64,000 bases of DNA from Mobula hypostoma (lineage: Eukaryota). The DNA is taken from assembly GCF_963921235.1 (NCBI RefSeq), contig NC_086108.1:48176001-48240000 (forward strand), written 5' to 3'. Every line of letters begins with the position of its first letter. The stretch's first letter is position 1. Below the pieces are notes generated by a model. It saw only the letters and a list, made by a program, of their open reading frames with translations, made no database searches and had not been told where the DNA came from. A program made the position numbers and the translations under genes. Below, piece after piece: positions 51,469-62,331 of this stretch.

Positions 51469-51596
51469 TTAAACCACTGATTGGAATCAGACCAGCTGTG
51501 GTGAACATCATTGAAGGGCAGCCTCTGACTTTGCCATGTGTGTTATTGGCTGGAAATCCCCTCCCAGGGCGACTGTGGATAAAAAATAATTTTAAG
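51469..51596 (+). CDS. HMCN1: Hemicentin-1 coding exon (128 nt, phase 1 to 0); last exon found in the window
   Basis: tcccacag|tt ... aag|gtaggt. Encodes VKPLIGIRPAVVNIIEGQPLTLPCVLLAGNPLPGRLWIKNNFK. I did not find the next exon in 51597-64000. Confidence 0.95.
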
Positions 51597-52794
51597 GTAG
51601 GTAAACCAGCAAAAAGACGTGGTTAAATGTGGAAATGACCATCCTCCCATTATCCTTTACAGATCAGTGTAGGATTTCATTTTGAGCCTTCAGTGGAAGT
51701 GTGTTTTCAAAACAAAGCCAGTACTGTGACAAATGAGCCAACAAATGCCACTGGACCATTCAACTGCAAGTTGGGGAACCTGAGGCTGGCAACATTCTTG
51801 ATTTCTATTCACACACTGTTTTCCTTGGGTCGATTTGCTTGCTTTTAGCAGGTAACCAGCAGTGAAAATAAATGCCGGAATTTCTCACGAATGATTATTG
51901 ACTTGAAAAATTGACACTTCTGCTCTTCACCTTGCTGCATGATCTCTTGGAGAGTCCGCAGAATCTTTTCTTACTACATCTGTCTAGTATCTCCAATTTT
52001 TTTTGCTTTTCCACTACCTGGAAACATCTCTACATCAGGGAGGGATGCTTCCGGTATGATGGTGGCACACTGGCACACTGGCACACTCTGACACAACGGC
52101 TTCTATGGGGCCAAACAAAGGTGTTGTTATCTTTTTTAAAAAAATGTATGTCTTTACAATCACAAGACCCTGCTGGACATTAGGAACTTAAAGTACTGTA
52201 GGTCTAACCCATGAGCAAGTTAGTCATTGGTGGGGAAACGGAAGGAGTTGGACTTGCTGCAAATTGTGCTGCTGTCTGCATCAAAGAGGTGTCAGAGTGG
52301 ATGTACAAAGGAGATGTGGAGTCTAACAGCAAGTGATAATCTTAGTTGCTTTTCTTGTGATCACAAGAGCCCTTTGGACGTTGTTAATGTGGAATGCTGC
52401 ACTGGAGTCTTGGCGAATAGTGGGTGCGAATGGCGGGGGGGGGGGAGCTGTGTGGCCTCGGTCGTAGCAAGGACTAGGCCTCAAGCCACAGTGTTGCCTG
52501 CTTGCAGCTGCCCAGGAGAGAGGTGTCGGAGTTTGCACTTCACTGGAGTGCTGGGGACGGTGAGGCATGGCATGCATGCTGGAGTCAATGCTGCTCACCA
52601 GTGCTCACTCAGCAGAGGACAAGATATATTGTGTTCAACTGCAAATTGTAGCAACACTCATGGACCCAGGAATGTGGAATATATTTTTTGTGTGTGACTG
52701 TATTTTGCTGCTGCCTTCTGTCTATGTGTACACATAGCACATATAAGACAGCAGACTGTCAGTACTGTGTTTTGCACTTTGACTCTGGAGGAAT

Positions 52795-54064
52795 CAAAGC
52801 TATCTGGACTATTCCTCTTCTCACCCTGTCTCTTGAAAATATGCCATCCCCTTCTCGCAATTCCTCCGTCTCCGCCGCATCCGCTCTCAGGATGAGGCTT
52901 TTTATTCCAGGACGAGGAAGATGTCCTCCTTTTTTAAAGAGGCTTGATAGTGAGGCTTCCCTTCCTCCACCATCAACTCTGCTCTCAAACGCATCTCCCC
53001 CATTTCACGCACATCTGCTCTCACTCCATCCTCCCGCCACCCCACTAGGAATAGGGTTCCCCTGGTCCTCACCTACCACCCCACCAGCCTCCGGGTCCAA
53101 CATATTATTCTCCGTAACTTCCGCCACCTCCAACGGGATCCCACCACTAAGCACATCTTTCCCTCCCCCCCTCTCTCTGCATTCCGCAGGGATCGCTCCC
53201 TACGCAGCTCCCTTGTCCATTCGTACCCCCCATCCCTCCCCACTGATCTCCCTCCTGGCACTTATCCTTGTAAGCGGAACAAGTGCTACACATGCCCTTA
53301 CACTTCCTTCCTTACCACCATTCAGGGCCCCAGACAGTCCTTCCAGCTGAGGCAACACTTCACCTGTGAGTCAGCTGGGATGATATACTGCGTCCGGTGC
53401 TCCCGATGTGGCCTTCTATATATTGGTGAGACCCGACGCAGACTGGGAGATCGTTTTGCTGAACACCTACGCTCTGTCCACCAGAGAAAGCAGGATCTCC
53501 CAGTGGCCACACATTTTAATTCCACATCCCATTCCCATTCTGACATGTCTATCCATGGCCTCCTCTACTGTAAAGATGAAGGCACACTCAGGTTGGAGGA
53601 ACAACACCTTGTATTCCGTCTGGGTAGCCTCCAACCTGATGGCATGAATATTGACTTCTCTAACTTCTGCTAATGCCCCACCTCCCCCTCGTACCCCATC
53701 CGTTATTTATATACACACATTCTTTCTCTCACTCTCCTTTTTCTCCCTCTGTCCCTCTGACTATACACCTTGCCCATCCTCTGGGTTTTTCCCCCTCTCC
53801 CCCTTTTCTTCCTCCCTGGGCCTCCTGTCCCATGATCCTCTCGTATCCCTTTTGCCAATCACCTGTCTAGTTCTTGGCTCCATCCCTCCCCCTCCTGTCT
53901 TCTCCTATCATTTTGGATCTCCCCCTCCCCTTCCCACTTTCAAATCTCTTACTAGTTCTTCCTTAAGTTAGTCCTGACGAAGGGTCTCGGCCTGAAATGT
54001 CGACTGTACCTCTTCCTAGAGATGCAGCCTGGCCTGCTGCGTTCACCAGCAACTTTGATGTGTG
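52795..54064 (+). mobile_element. Penelope-like element, 5'-truncated
   Basis: GIY-YIG ORF ending at 53673, then the 3' repeat; exact 15-bp TSD TGACTCTGGAGGAAT (52780-52794, 54065-54079). Inserted in the tail of an older element that ends in (acttga)n near 54150. Confidence 0.93.
53968..54006 (+). ncRNA. Minimal type-I hammerhead motif with one stem-III substitution
   Basis: TTAGTC-CTGACGA-A-GGGT CTCG GCCT-GAAAT-GTC-GACTG. Confidence 0.7.
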
Positions 54065-54889
54065 TGACTCTGGAGGAATGCTGTTTTGTTTGGCTGTATT
54101 CATGGATATTCACGTATGGATGAATGACAATTAAACTTGGACTTGAACTTGAACAGTAGGGCGACCGTGTCATATGGTAGCAATAATGTATTGTACTCTA
54201 GCATTGAAATTCACTCTATGACTTCAGTGAAGGTGAATTTTAGAGACATTTTACAACATGCTGATGTTACACTATGACATATCTAGTATGACAGGCAGGC
54301 AGAACTTGCTTTTGCTTGGCAATTTGTGATTGTTCCTAGCTTTAGAAGTATCACGCTGGAAAATTCTGCACTTCCAACTAAATAGGATTGTGAGAAGGTG
54401 ATTCTTAATTCCAAGTCTATTGTCCCTTCCACAGTATTCCCCTTTCTCCCGTGCAAAACCCAGTATCATGACATATCAGGTGTTGGGTGAAAAAAAGTCA
54501 AAGCATGTTTAAAGAGAGAAAGAAACAACAGTTATAAAAAGGATCTATTGATAATACCTTTAAAGGTCACTTTATATTATTAATTTCATTGGAGAGACTA
54601 ACAGAGAATTTGTTTCAATATTCAAGTTAAAAATAGAAGGATAAGTTGAATAAATAGGTTTATAAACTTTGCGTTGCTGCAGATTAAAACATCTACAGTC
54701 CCTTGTGTCCCCACACATTTTGACGAGGTTTACTTTCAGGAAGCTGTCACAGCCATGAAGGAAGCACAGAATGAGTTCAGTCAGCAGATGCAGCAAAACT
54801 CCCAAATCCTCGTTGTGGTAATGTTCAGAAATCTCCTTGATTCAACGCCTGGCTCACCTGGCTTGTTTCCCATGTTCATTCTAAGTACC

Positions 54890-55640
54890 AGGGCTCCATT
54901 TAAAATCAGCAGAGCAGCATCCCCAGGCTTCTTTAAACTCAACAGAGCCCTGTACCCCTGGGCCCCTTTAAATTCAGCTGGGCCCCTTTCCCTTTAAACT
55001 CACTAGAGCTCTGTACCAGTCCCTTTAAATTCAGCTGGGCCCCTTTCCCTTTCCCTTTCCCTTTAAACTCACTAGAGCTCTGTACCAGTCCCTTTAAATT
55101 CACCTAGGCCACTTTCTCTTTCCCTTTTAAACTCAACAGAGCCCTGTTTCTTGTCCCTTTAAATTCAGCTGAGCCCCTTTCCCTTTCCCTTTCCCTTTTA
55201 AATTCACCAGAGCTCTGATACTCATCCCTTTAATTCACCTGGGTCCTCTTTCTCTTTCCCTTTTAAACTCAAAAGAACTCTGTTACTTGTCCCTTTAAAT
55301 TCACCTGGGCCCTCTTTCCATTTTCTTTTAAACTCAAAAGAACTCTGATACCAGTCTCTTTAAATTCACCAGGGCCCTGTTTCCCTTTCTCTTTTAAACT
55401 CACAAGGGCCCCGACTCCCAATCCCTTCTAGACTCATTGGGGTGTGTTTTCCACTCTCTTCTGGACTCACTTGGGGCCTGTTTCCCAGGCTTCTTTTGAA
55501 CTCACTAGAGCTCGGCTCCCCTACTGCTTTTTAATGCATTGCAGCCCTGTTTCCCTCGCTTTAAGCACATCTGGATGCCGTTCTCATGCTTCATTTTAAC
55601 TCACTTCATTCCCATGCTCCTTTTAAACTCAAGAAAATTT
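54890..55640. repeat. Minisatellite with alternating ~30-bp subunits (~57-67-bp dimeric period)
   Basis: Repeated ccctttaaattcagctgggcccctttc / cctttaaactcactagagctctgtaccagt with a variable (tttccc)n spacer; decays toward both edges. Confidence 0.88.
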
Positions 55641-55907
55641 GTCAGTCCAACATTCAAAAAGGTCCCAAGGGTACCAGATTATTAGAGTTGTACTTTACTA
55701 AGGATGAAGGCCTTGATGCTGAGGAGAGACCAGGATTACTTTTACATTAACAAACGAAGTCATGAAAAAAATTAAATAGAGATGATTGTGTTGACACAGA
55801 AATGGGATGGATTCTTTTCCATTAGTTTGGTGTGATTATAACTGAGTGCATGAAAGAAAGTAATCAGTATTTTGTTAAGGATGTGCCTTTTAGAAGCATT
55901 TAATTAA

Positions 55908-57259
55908 GCTGGAATCAATTATAAAAGATGTAATAGTGGCATATTTGGATAGCAGTGGCAGGATAGGTCAGAGTCAGCATGGATTTACGAAGGGGAAATC
56001 ATGCTTGACTAGTCTTCTGAAATTTTTTGAGAATGTGACTATGAAAATGGACATGGGAAAGCCAGTGGATGTAGTGTACCTGGACTTTCAGAAAGCCTTT
56101 GATAAGGTCCCACATAGGAGATTAGTGTGCAAAATTAGAGCAAGTGGTATTAGGGGTAGGGTACTGACATGGATAGAAAATTGGTTGGCAGACAGGAAAC
56201 AAAGTGTAGGGATTAATTTTCAGAATGGCAGGCAGTGACTAGTGGGGTACTGCAAGGCTCGGTGCTGGGACTGCAGCTATTTACAATATACATTAATGAT
56301 TTAGATGAAGGGATTAAAAGTAACATTAGCAAATTTGCAGATGACACAAAGCTGGGTGGCAGTGTGAAATATGAGGAGGATGTTATGAGAATGCAGGATG
56401 ACTTGGACAGGTTGGGTGAGTGGGCAGATGCATGGCAGATGCAGTTTAATGTGGATAAATGTGAGGTTATTCACTTTGGTGGCAAGAACAGCAAGGCAAA
56501 TTACTATCTGAATGGTGTCAAGTTAGGAAAAGGGGAAGTACAATGAGATCTAGGTGTCCTTGTTCATCAGTCACTGAAAGTAAGCATACAGGTACAGCAG
56601 GCAGTGAAGAAAACTAATGGTACGCTGGCCTTCATAACAAGGAGAGTTGAGTATAGGAGCAAAGAGGTCCTTCTGCGGTTGTACAGGGCCCTGGTGAGAC
56701 CATACCTGGAATATTGTGTACAGTTTTGGTCTCCAATTTTGAGGAAGGACATTCTAGCTATTGAGGGAGTGCAGTGTACGTTCACGAGATTAATTCCTGG
56801 GATGGCGGGACTGTCATATGTTGAAAGATTGGAGCGATTGGGGTTGTATACACTGGAATTTAGAAGGATGAGAGGGGATCTGATTGAAACATATAAGATT
56901 ATTAGGGGATTGGACAAGCTAGAGGCAGGAAACATGTTCCCGATGTTGGGGGAGTCCAGAACCAAAGGCCACAGTTTAAGAATAAGGGGTAGACCATTTA
57001 GAATGGAGTTGAGGAAAAACTTTTTCACACAGAGGGTTGTGGTTCTGTGGAATGCTCTGCCTCAGAAGGCAGTGGAGGCCAATTCTCTGGATTCTTCCAA
57101 AAAAGAGTTAGATAGAGCTCTTAAAGATAGTGGTGTGAAAGGATACGGGGAGAAGGCAGGAATAGGGTACTGATTGTGGATGATCAGCCATGATCACAGT
57201 GAATGGTGGTGCTGGCTTGAAGGGCTGAATGGCCTACTCCTGCACCTATTGTCTATTGT
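55908..57259 (+). mobile_element. CR1-clade LINE, 5'-truncated, RT region with frameshift and stop
   Basis: QHGFTKGKSCLT, VDVVYLDFQKAFDKVPH, GVLQGSVLG, KFADDTKLGG; (ctattgt)n tail; possible degenerate TSD catttaattaa / catttgatcaa. Confidence 0.92.
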
Positions 57260-57642
57260 CATTTGATCAACTGGACTACTAAATACCTTTTTAAAAGGGA
57301 ATGGGTGATGGTTAACTTTAGAAATAGTTAAAATGGCATGGAATGTATATAGTGTAGTTGGTACTAAGTACATTGCTCTTAAAGTGTTAAAGAAGAAACC
57401 TAATACACCCTATCCTTGTTATATGCGGGGGATACGTTCCTCGCAGTCGATGCATAGTGTGAAAACGCATAATGTGAATAATTATTTAAATGGAGAAATT
57501 AGGGATGCATTCTGGAGGGCTTCCTAAATATGTTTTATCTGTAATTTATTCACATTTTCATACCAATACAACACAAAAGCAGTACCACAAGGCAACATTT
57601 GTATTATATTTCATCAATTTAAGGTAATATTCAACAAATTAA

Positions 57643-58027
57643 TAATGGCTCCATCTGTCTAAGTAGACAATGGATGCGCCTGTTTGGGGGCACAGACCTG
57701 GGCGATGAGTATGGAGATCCTGGGCTGCCCAGACATCAAGGTCCCCCTCTCGGCCTCGCGGATGTGGTCCAAAGGAATGTGAAGCAGTACATTCATCATC
57801 AGCTTGGCTGCAGGAGCTGCCAGGAGGTGACGTGAGGAGCTCCACTCCGGATTTGTGTAGGGTTTACTCCTTAGCCTTCTCTTCCCCTGAAGATACCCAC
57901 AAGGCAGTGGGATCCGTAATCCTGGATAGGGGCCCATACCGGGTACTGTCAGCCGGAGCCAGCTGAGCCCGGGACTCGTGTAAGGCAGGGTCATCACTCC
58001 CTGTAGTAGTGACATATGGAGCCACTA
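57643..58027 (-). mobile_element. Non-coding insertion, probably a non-autonomous RTE-related element, nested in the Tigger
   Basis: GC-rich block inside AT-rich Tigger sequence; shares 3' motifs with the SINE at 59619-59922; 17-bp imperfect inverted repeats at its ends. Confidence 0.55.
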
Positions 58028-58225
58028 CCCACTACCTAAACATATACGTAATAAATCATAGAAAGTTAACATACTAGGGTGTACAGTACTCACTAACAGG
58101 TGTGTTCGCTCTGGGAGAAGAGTGGTTGTTGTGGTGTTGGGCAGCTTTACATGGATGAGGTGGATGGTTGTGGGTCATCAGGATCATCAAGGACAGCAAG
58201 GGGTGAAGGAAGACTCACAGAACTC

Positions 58226-59440
58226 TTAAGAACTGCCGGCAGCAGGAGATGACACCAGTTTGAAGAAAGTGGTGTTGGCTGTTTGCTTGGCAGCATTTTG
58301 TTTTTCAGCATAAATTTGCTGGTAGGGAAGAATGATTGACTGCAGGGGACGACTGAAATGCTGACTCCGTTCTAAACTTAGGTCTGTGTCCATCACCATT
58401 TGTGCCAAGTGTTCCGCAGCCTTAAAAAATTCTGCCAGTTGCTTCACCGTAAAATCTTTCACCTGCAACTCGACACTTCCTTCTTCATCGTTGTTAACTT
58501 TAAAGGCAAGATTCTGTTCCCGGCAGTAGCGGTCAGCCTCAACAGCAAAATGATTAGCAAACCAATCTGCAAAGATTTGACCAGTGACCCATGCTTTCTT
58601 GTCAGCTGCCCAGTGGACAGGAAGCATATTCTTACTCAAACCCTTAAGAGCACGGGGGTTTAGTGAATGGTAAACTAAGAGAGGCTTCATCTTACAGTCT
58701 CCTTCGGCATTAGAACACATAAGCAAAGTCAATCTATCCTTTGCTGCTTTGAAACCTGACACAGGTTTTTCATCCTTACTGATGTAAGTGTGTTTCGGCA
58801 TACGTTTCCAAAAAAGCCCGGTCTCGTCTACATTAAACACCCGCTTTGGCGTGATGCCTAACTCAGCTATCATAGCCCACAACTGCAAAGGGTAGCGTTC
58901 AGCAGCTTTGTGGTCAGCACTAGCTTGCTCACCACGCACAGCTAAGTTGTGAAGCCTGTGACGATTAACAAACTTAGAAAACCATCCCCTACTTGCATTA
59001 ACGCTAACAATATCACTTGACACTTCCTCACTAGCCTCTGAACAAAGGCGATGATAAATTTCCAAAGCTTTCACACGAAGATGATCGGAACTAAGTGTTG
59101 TTTTTTCCTTTGTTTCATGCTCAATGTACAAACTCAACACTTTTTCCATTTTTGTCATAATCGGTTTATGCACTTTGGTAACAATCTTTGAAGACACTTG
59201 TGATGAATCAATCACTGCACTTTTTATTTTCTCAGCATTTTTCTTTATGTTTCTGATCGTGGACTCACCCAGGCCGAAGTAGCGTCCCAGAGCTGTGTTA
59301 CCTTCACCTGACACTGCCCTGTTTATAATTTCCAACTTCTTTTCAAGCGTTAAAGCGGTTCTCTGATGCTTGGCGGATGGCCCAGGACTTGACATCGGAC
59401 GCTTAGGAAGCATAGTTAAATATTTCAAGCACAATATCAC
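58226..59440 (-). pseudogene. Tigger-type transposase ORF (CENP-B-like HTH plus truncated DDE domain)
   Basis: LTLEKKLEII, ASRGWFSKFVNRH, FNVDETGLFWKRMP, KDRLTLL and KAWVT are present. After NLAFKV the expected LLxDN motif and the rest of the catalytic core are missing while the frame stays open. Confidence 0.85.
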
Positions 59441-59618
59441 TGCACCATAGGTAAAAACAACAAAAGTTTAAGAGTGCAAAATCGCACATCCACACATTGC
59501 CAAAACCAATGCAAGACTGGCGGGAGTGAGACTGTGAGGTGTGCATACGTGACTTGTTTTGGCGGGAAAGCGGTGCTCCTCGCATAACTGAGTTTTGGAT
59601 GCATATAAGGAATATATA

Positions 59619-59922
59619 GGCATCATTAGTCTCGTGAGACCATGGATTTGCACCTTGGAAGGTTTCCAGGACGCTGGCCTGGGCAAAGTTGTATGGAAGA
59701 TCGGCAATTGCCCGTGCTGCAAGTCTCCCCTCTCCATGCCACTGATGTTGTCCAAGGGAAGGGCACTAGGGCCGATACAGCTTGGCACCGGTGTCGTCGC
59801 AGAGCAATGTGTGGTTAAGTGCCTTGCTCAAGGACACAATACGCTGCCTCAGCTGAGGCTCGAACTAGCGACCTTCAGATCACTAGACCGACGCCTTAAC
59901 CACTTGGTCACGCGCCAACACT
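59619..59922 (-). mobile_element. tRNA-derived CORE-type SINE nested in the Tigger
   Basis: Minus strand: A-box TGACCAAGTGG, B-box GTTCGAGCC, CORE-like gtgtccttgagcaaggcacttaacc and a terminal hairpin ggtctc-ac-gagact. Confidence 0.8.
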
Positions 59923-62001
59923 GGTAGAAATAGATTCCTCGCATAACTGTGAATCCGCATTGTCTGAAGACACATATAACGAGGATAGGGTGTAATTTTC
60001 TGCTTTTCTACCTAACTCATAGTGCTATCTTCCTGAAACAAGAGGCAACGTATCTTTTTGGGGCCTCACTAAGACTACTCTAGCCTTGAAATATGAGTAA
60101 AGGACACACTTCTGACAGCTTAGAGTAGTAATATTATGGCGGTGTCTCCTCTCATTTCTGGCATATTTGGTCTTGTGTTGCTTTTTTAATGTGTTTAATG
60201 AGGAACTTTGTCCCTGGAATGTCTTGGCTAATGAAATACACTATGCCTGGCAGAGAAGCAGAGGCAGCATTTTAAAGGCAATCTTGTGCATGGTTCCCAG
60301 CAGGCATCTTCTATTACACTATGTGTGTGCCCTTTGTCTGCAAGCTGCACCATTGTGGAGTTAGATCAGGAAAGTAGGTAGATTGAAAATGTGGAGTGAT
60401 GATCGAAAAGAGACTTGAATCTGGGGAGGTTAGACCTATACTCAGTTTAGGTTAGGTGGGAGTTGCCCACAATGTGATAGGGTGAGGTCTGTTGTTATCA
60501 TTGCTCTTTGAAGGACATCCAGAATGAAGCCAGGGAATAGACAGTGGAGCAGAATATGCAAACCCTAAAGGGGTCCCACCCAACGAGAGACAAGTTGTAA
60601 AAATCAACCCAGCACATCAGCCCAAGTAAAATGATGGGCTCTTTACTAAATTATGCTGACTTATGGGTTTTCTCAGGCAGTTTGTGGTCCATATTTGTAG
60701 CAGTATGCACAGGGTTTTCTGTCCTTAGACCAGTAGTTGGACTATCCAATAGAATTTGCAAATGTTGGCACTGAAAGATGCAGACTGCTTGAAATTAAAT
60801 AAAATCAACAAGTCAAAAGAATGTTTATTATTTTGACATAAATTACAATTTTAACATTATTCCACAAAGACCAACCCATAATCGTTGAATACAATGGTCC
60901 CTCAGTCCAGTCCTGCCTGTAGGAGGATGGCTTTGCGCTGTAATGCTGCTTGTCTAAGTCAGATAGAACAGATCTTAGCTATCTTGGAAAGACTGTTTCC
61001 TAGGATCTGACATGTGAAAGATTACCGTATAATCTGCATCTTCGGTACTTTTGCATTAATGATTAAAATTGTTTCCAAAGTGCATAAGATGTGAAATTGA
61101 AAAGATACCTGATACCTGAAGGTTTTAGTATTGTGTTTTATTGAAATTGGCTTCATTTTTGACTGGGTTAATGACATCTCAGTCTGTTGCTACAAATCAA
61201 TCATCTCTTGTTACTGTTGCTTCTTCAAGTTGCAAACAATCTGAAAGGCTAAAAAAACTAAATCAAATGATTGCTAATTTAGTTCCTGAAGCACACAGAA
61301 TAACATGTAATGATCTAAAGAGAATCTCTCCTCCTTTTTTTTTTCCACTACACTTTTTTCTTCAACTGCAATAGCTGTCAAGGTCTGGCCTGTGAAGTTT
61401 CCACTGCTGCTCTGCTCTGATCAGGGTTCAGTGGCCAGGAGGTATGCACTGCAATGGAGCGGGTGGCGGGAAGCTGAGTGTGTTCTTGCCAGATATTCCA
61501 TTTCCCAGACAGAACACACTGCCATGGACCTAATGAGAATAATTAAAGGGTATGTGTTACTGTACAAAGGGACGATGAGCCAAGCACTGTTCTCAGAGTG
61601 GCCCACTGCAGAGCTGCACGTATGCAATAGGATAATTGGAGCTGCATTAAACACAAAAGGACTGTCTTTTCTTCATGTTTTTCCCTTCCCAACCACCCTT
61701 CCTCCACATGCACACGCACACACACTTAATAAACCTACATCCAGGCAAACCTACATCCAGCACAAGTAACTTAAACAGGCTGGTGTTGATCCAGTCACGA
61801 GGGCCAAATTGGGAAAAAAGAAGCACTGTGTATGGCTGTACCAGTGAAAGTGATTGTCAGTATCTGATCTATCCAGTGCCTGTTAGAAGCAGCATCCTCA
61901 TGTCTAACAACAGGAATTCTGCAGATGCTGGAAATTCAAGCAACATACATCAAAGTTGCTGGTGAACGCAGCAGGCCAAGCAGCATCTGTAGGAAGAGGT
62001 G

Positions 62002-62040
62002 CAGTCGACGTTTCAGGCCGAGACCCTTCGTCAGGACTAA
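62002..62040 (-). ncRNA. Minimal type-I hammerhead ribozyme motif, core intact
   Basis: Minus strand reads TTAGTC-CTGACGA-A-GGGT CTCG GCCT-GAAAC-GTC-GACTG, about 290 nt downstream of the ORF stop. Confidence 0.85.
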
Positions 62041-62331
62041 CTGAAGGAAGAGTGAGTAAGGGATTTGAAAGCTGGAGGGGGAGGGGGAGATGCAAAATGA
62101 TAGGAGAAGACAGGAGGGGGAGGGATAGAGCCGAGAGCTGGACAGGTGATAGGCAAAAGGGGATACGAGAGGATCATGGGACAGGAGGCCTAGGGAGAAA
62201 GGCGGGGGGGGGGTGACCCAGAGGATGGGCAAGAGGTATATTCAGAGGGACAGAGGGAGAAAAAGGAGAGTGAGAGAAAGAATGTGTGCATAAAAATGAG
62301 TAACAGCTGGGGTACGAGGGGGAGGTGGGGC

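Larger units (their letters stand above)
57406..59992 (-). mobile_element. Tigger/pogo-family DNA transposon with both TIRs and an internally deleted transposase
   Basis: 22-bp TIRs CACCCTATCCTTGTTATATGCG / CACCCTATCCTCGTTATATGTG; TA TSD (57404-05, 59993-94); contains two nested insertions. Confidence 0.93.

Noticed and set aside
2005..51596. Assignment to HMCN2 or another Ig-repeat gene
   Set aside because: Peptides such as SSAGTGRAQTF, QLRTG and YICEAENQFGKIQ match HMCN1 as I recall it. A reciprocal BLAST would confirm.
54890..55640. CRISPR-like array
   Set aside because: The intervening sequences are themselves repeated, the context is eukaryotic, and there are no cas genes.
57845..57950. 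HDV-like ribozyme candidate on the minus strand (ccac-tgcctt-gtgg hairpin, ggctaa, partial P2-like pairing)
   Set aside because: I could not build a full nested double pseudoknot: there is no P1.1 GG after the putative P1 and the L3 loop is atypical. A covariance-model search would be needed.
59840..59920. tRNA gene
   Set aside because: The A and B boxes run directly into a CORE-like domain and a retroposon tail, so this is a SINE head. The same applies near 21300.
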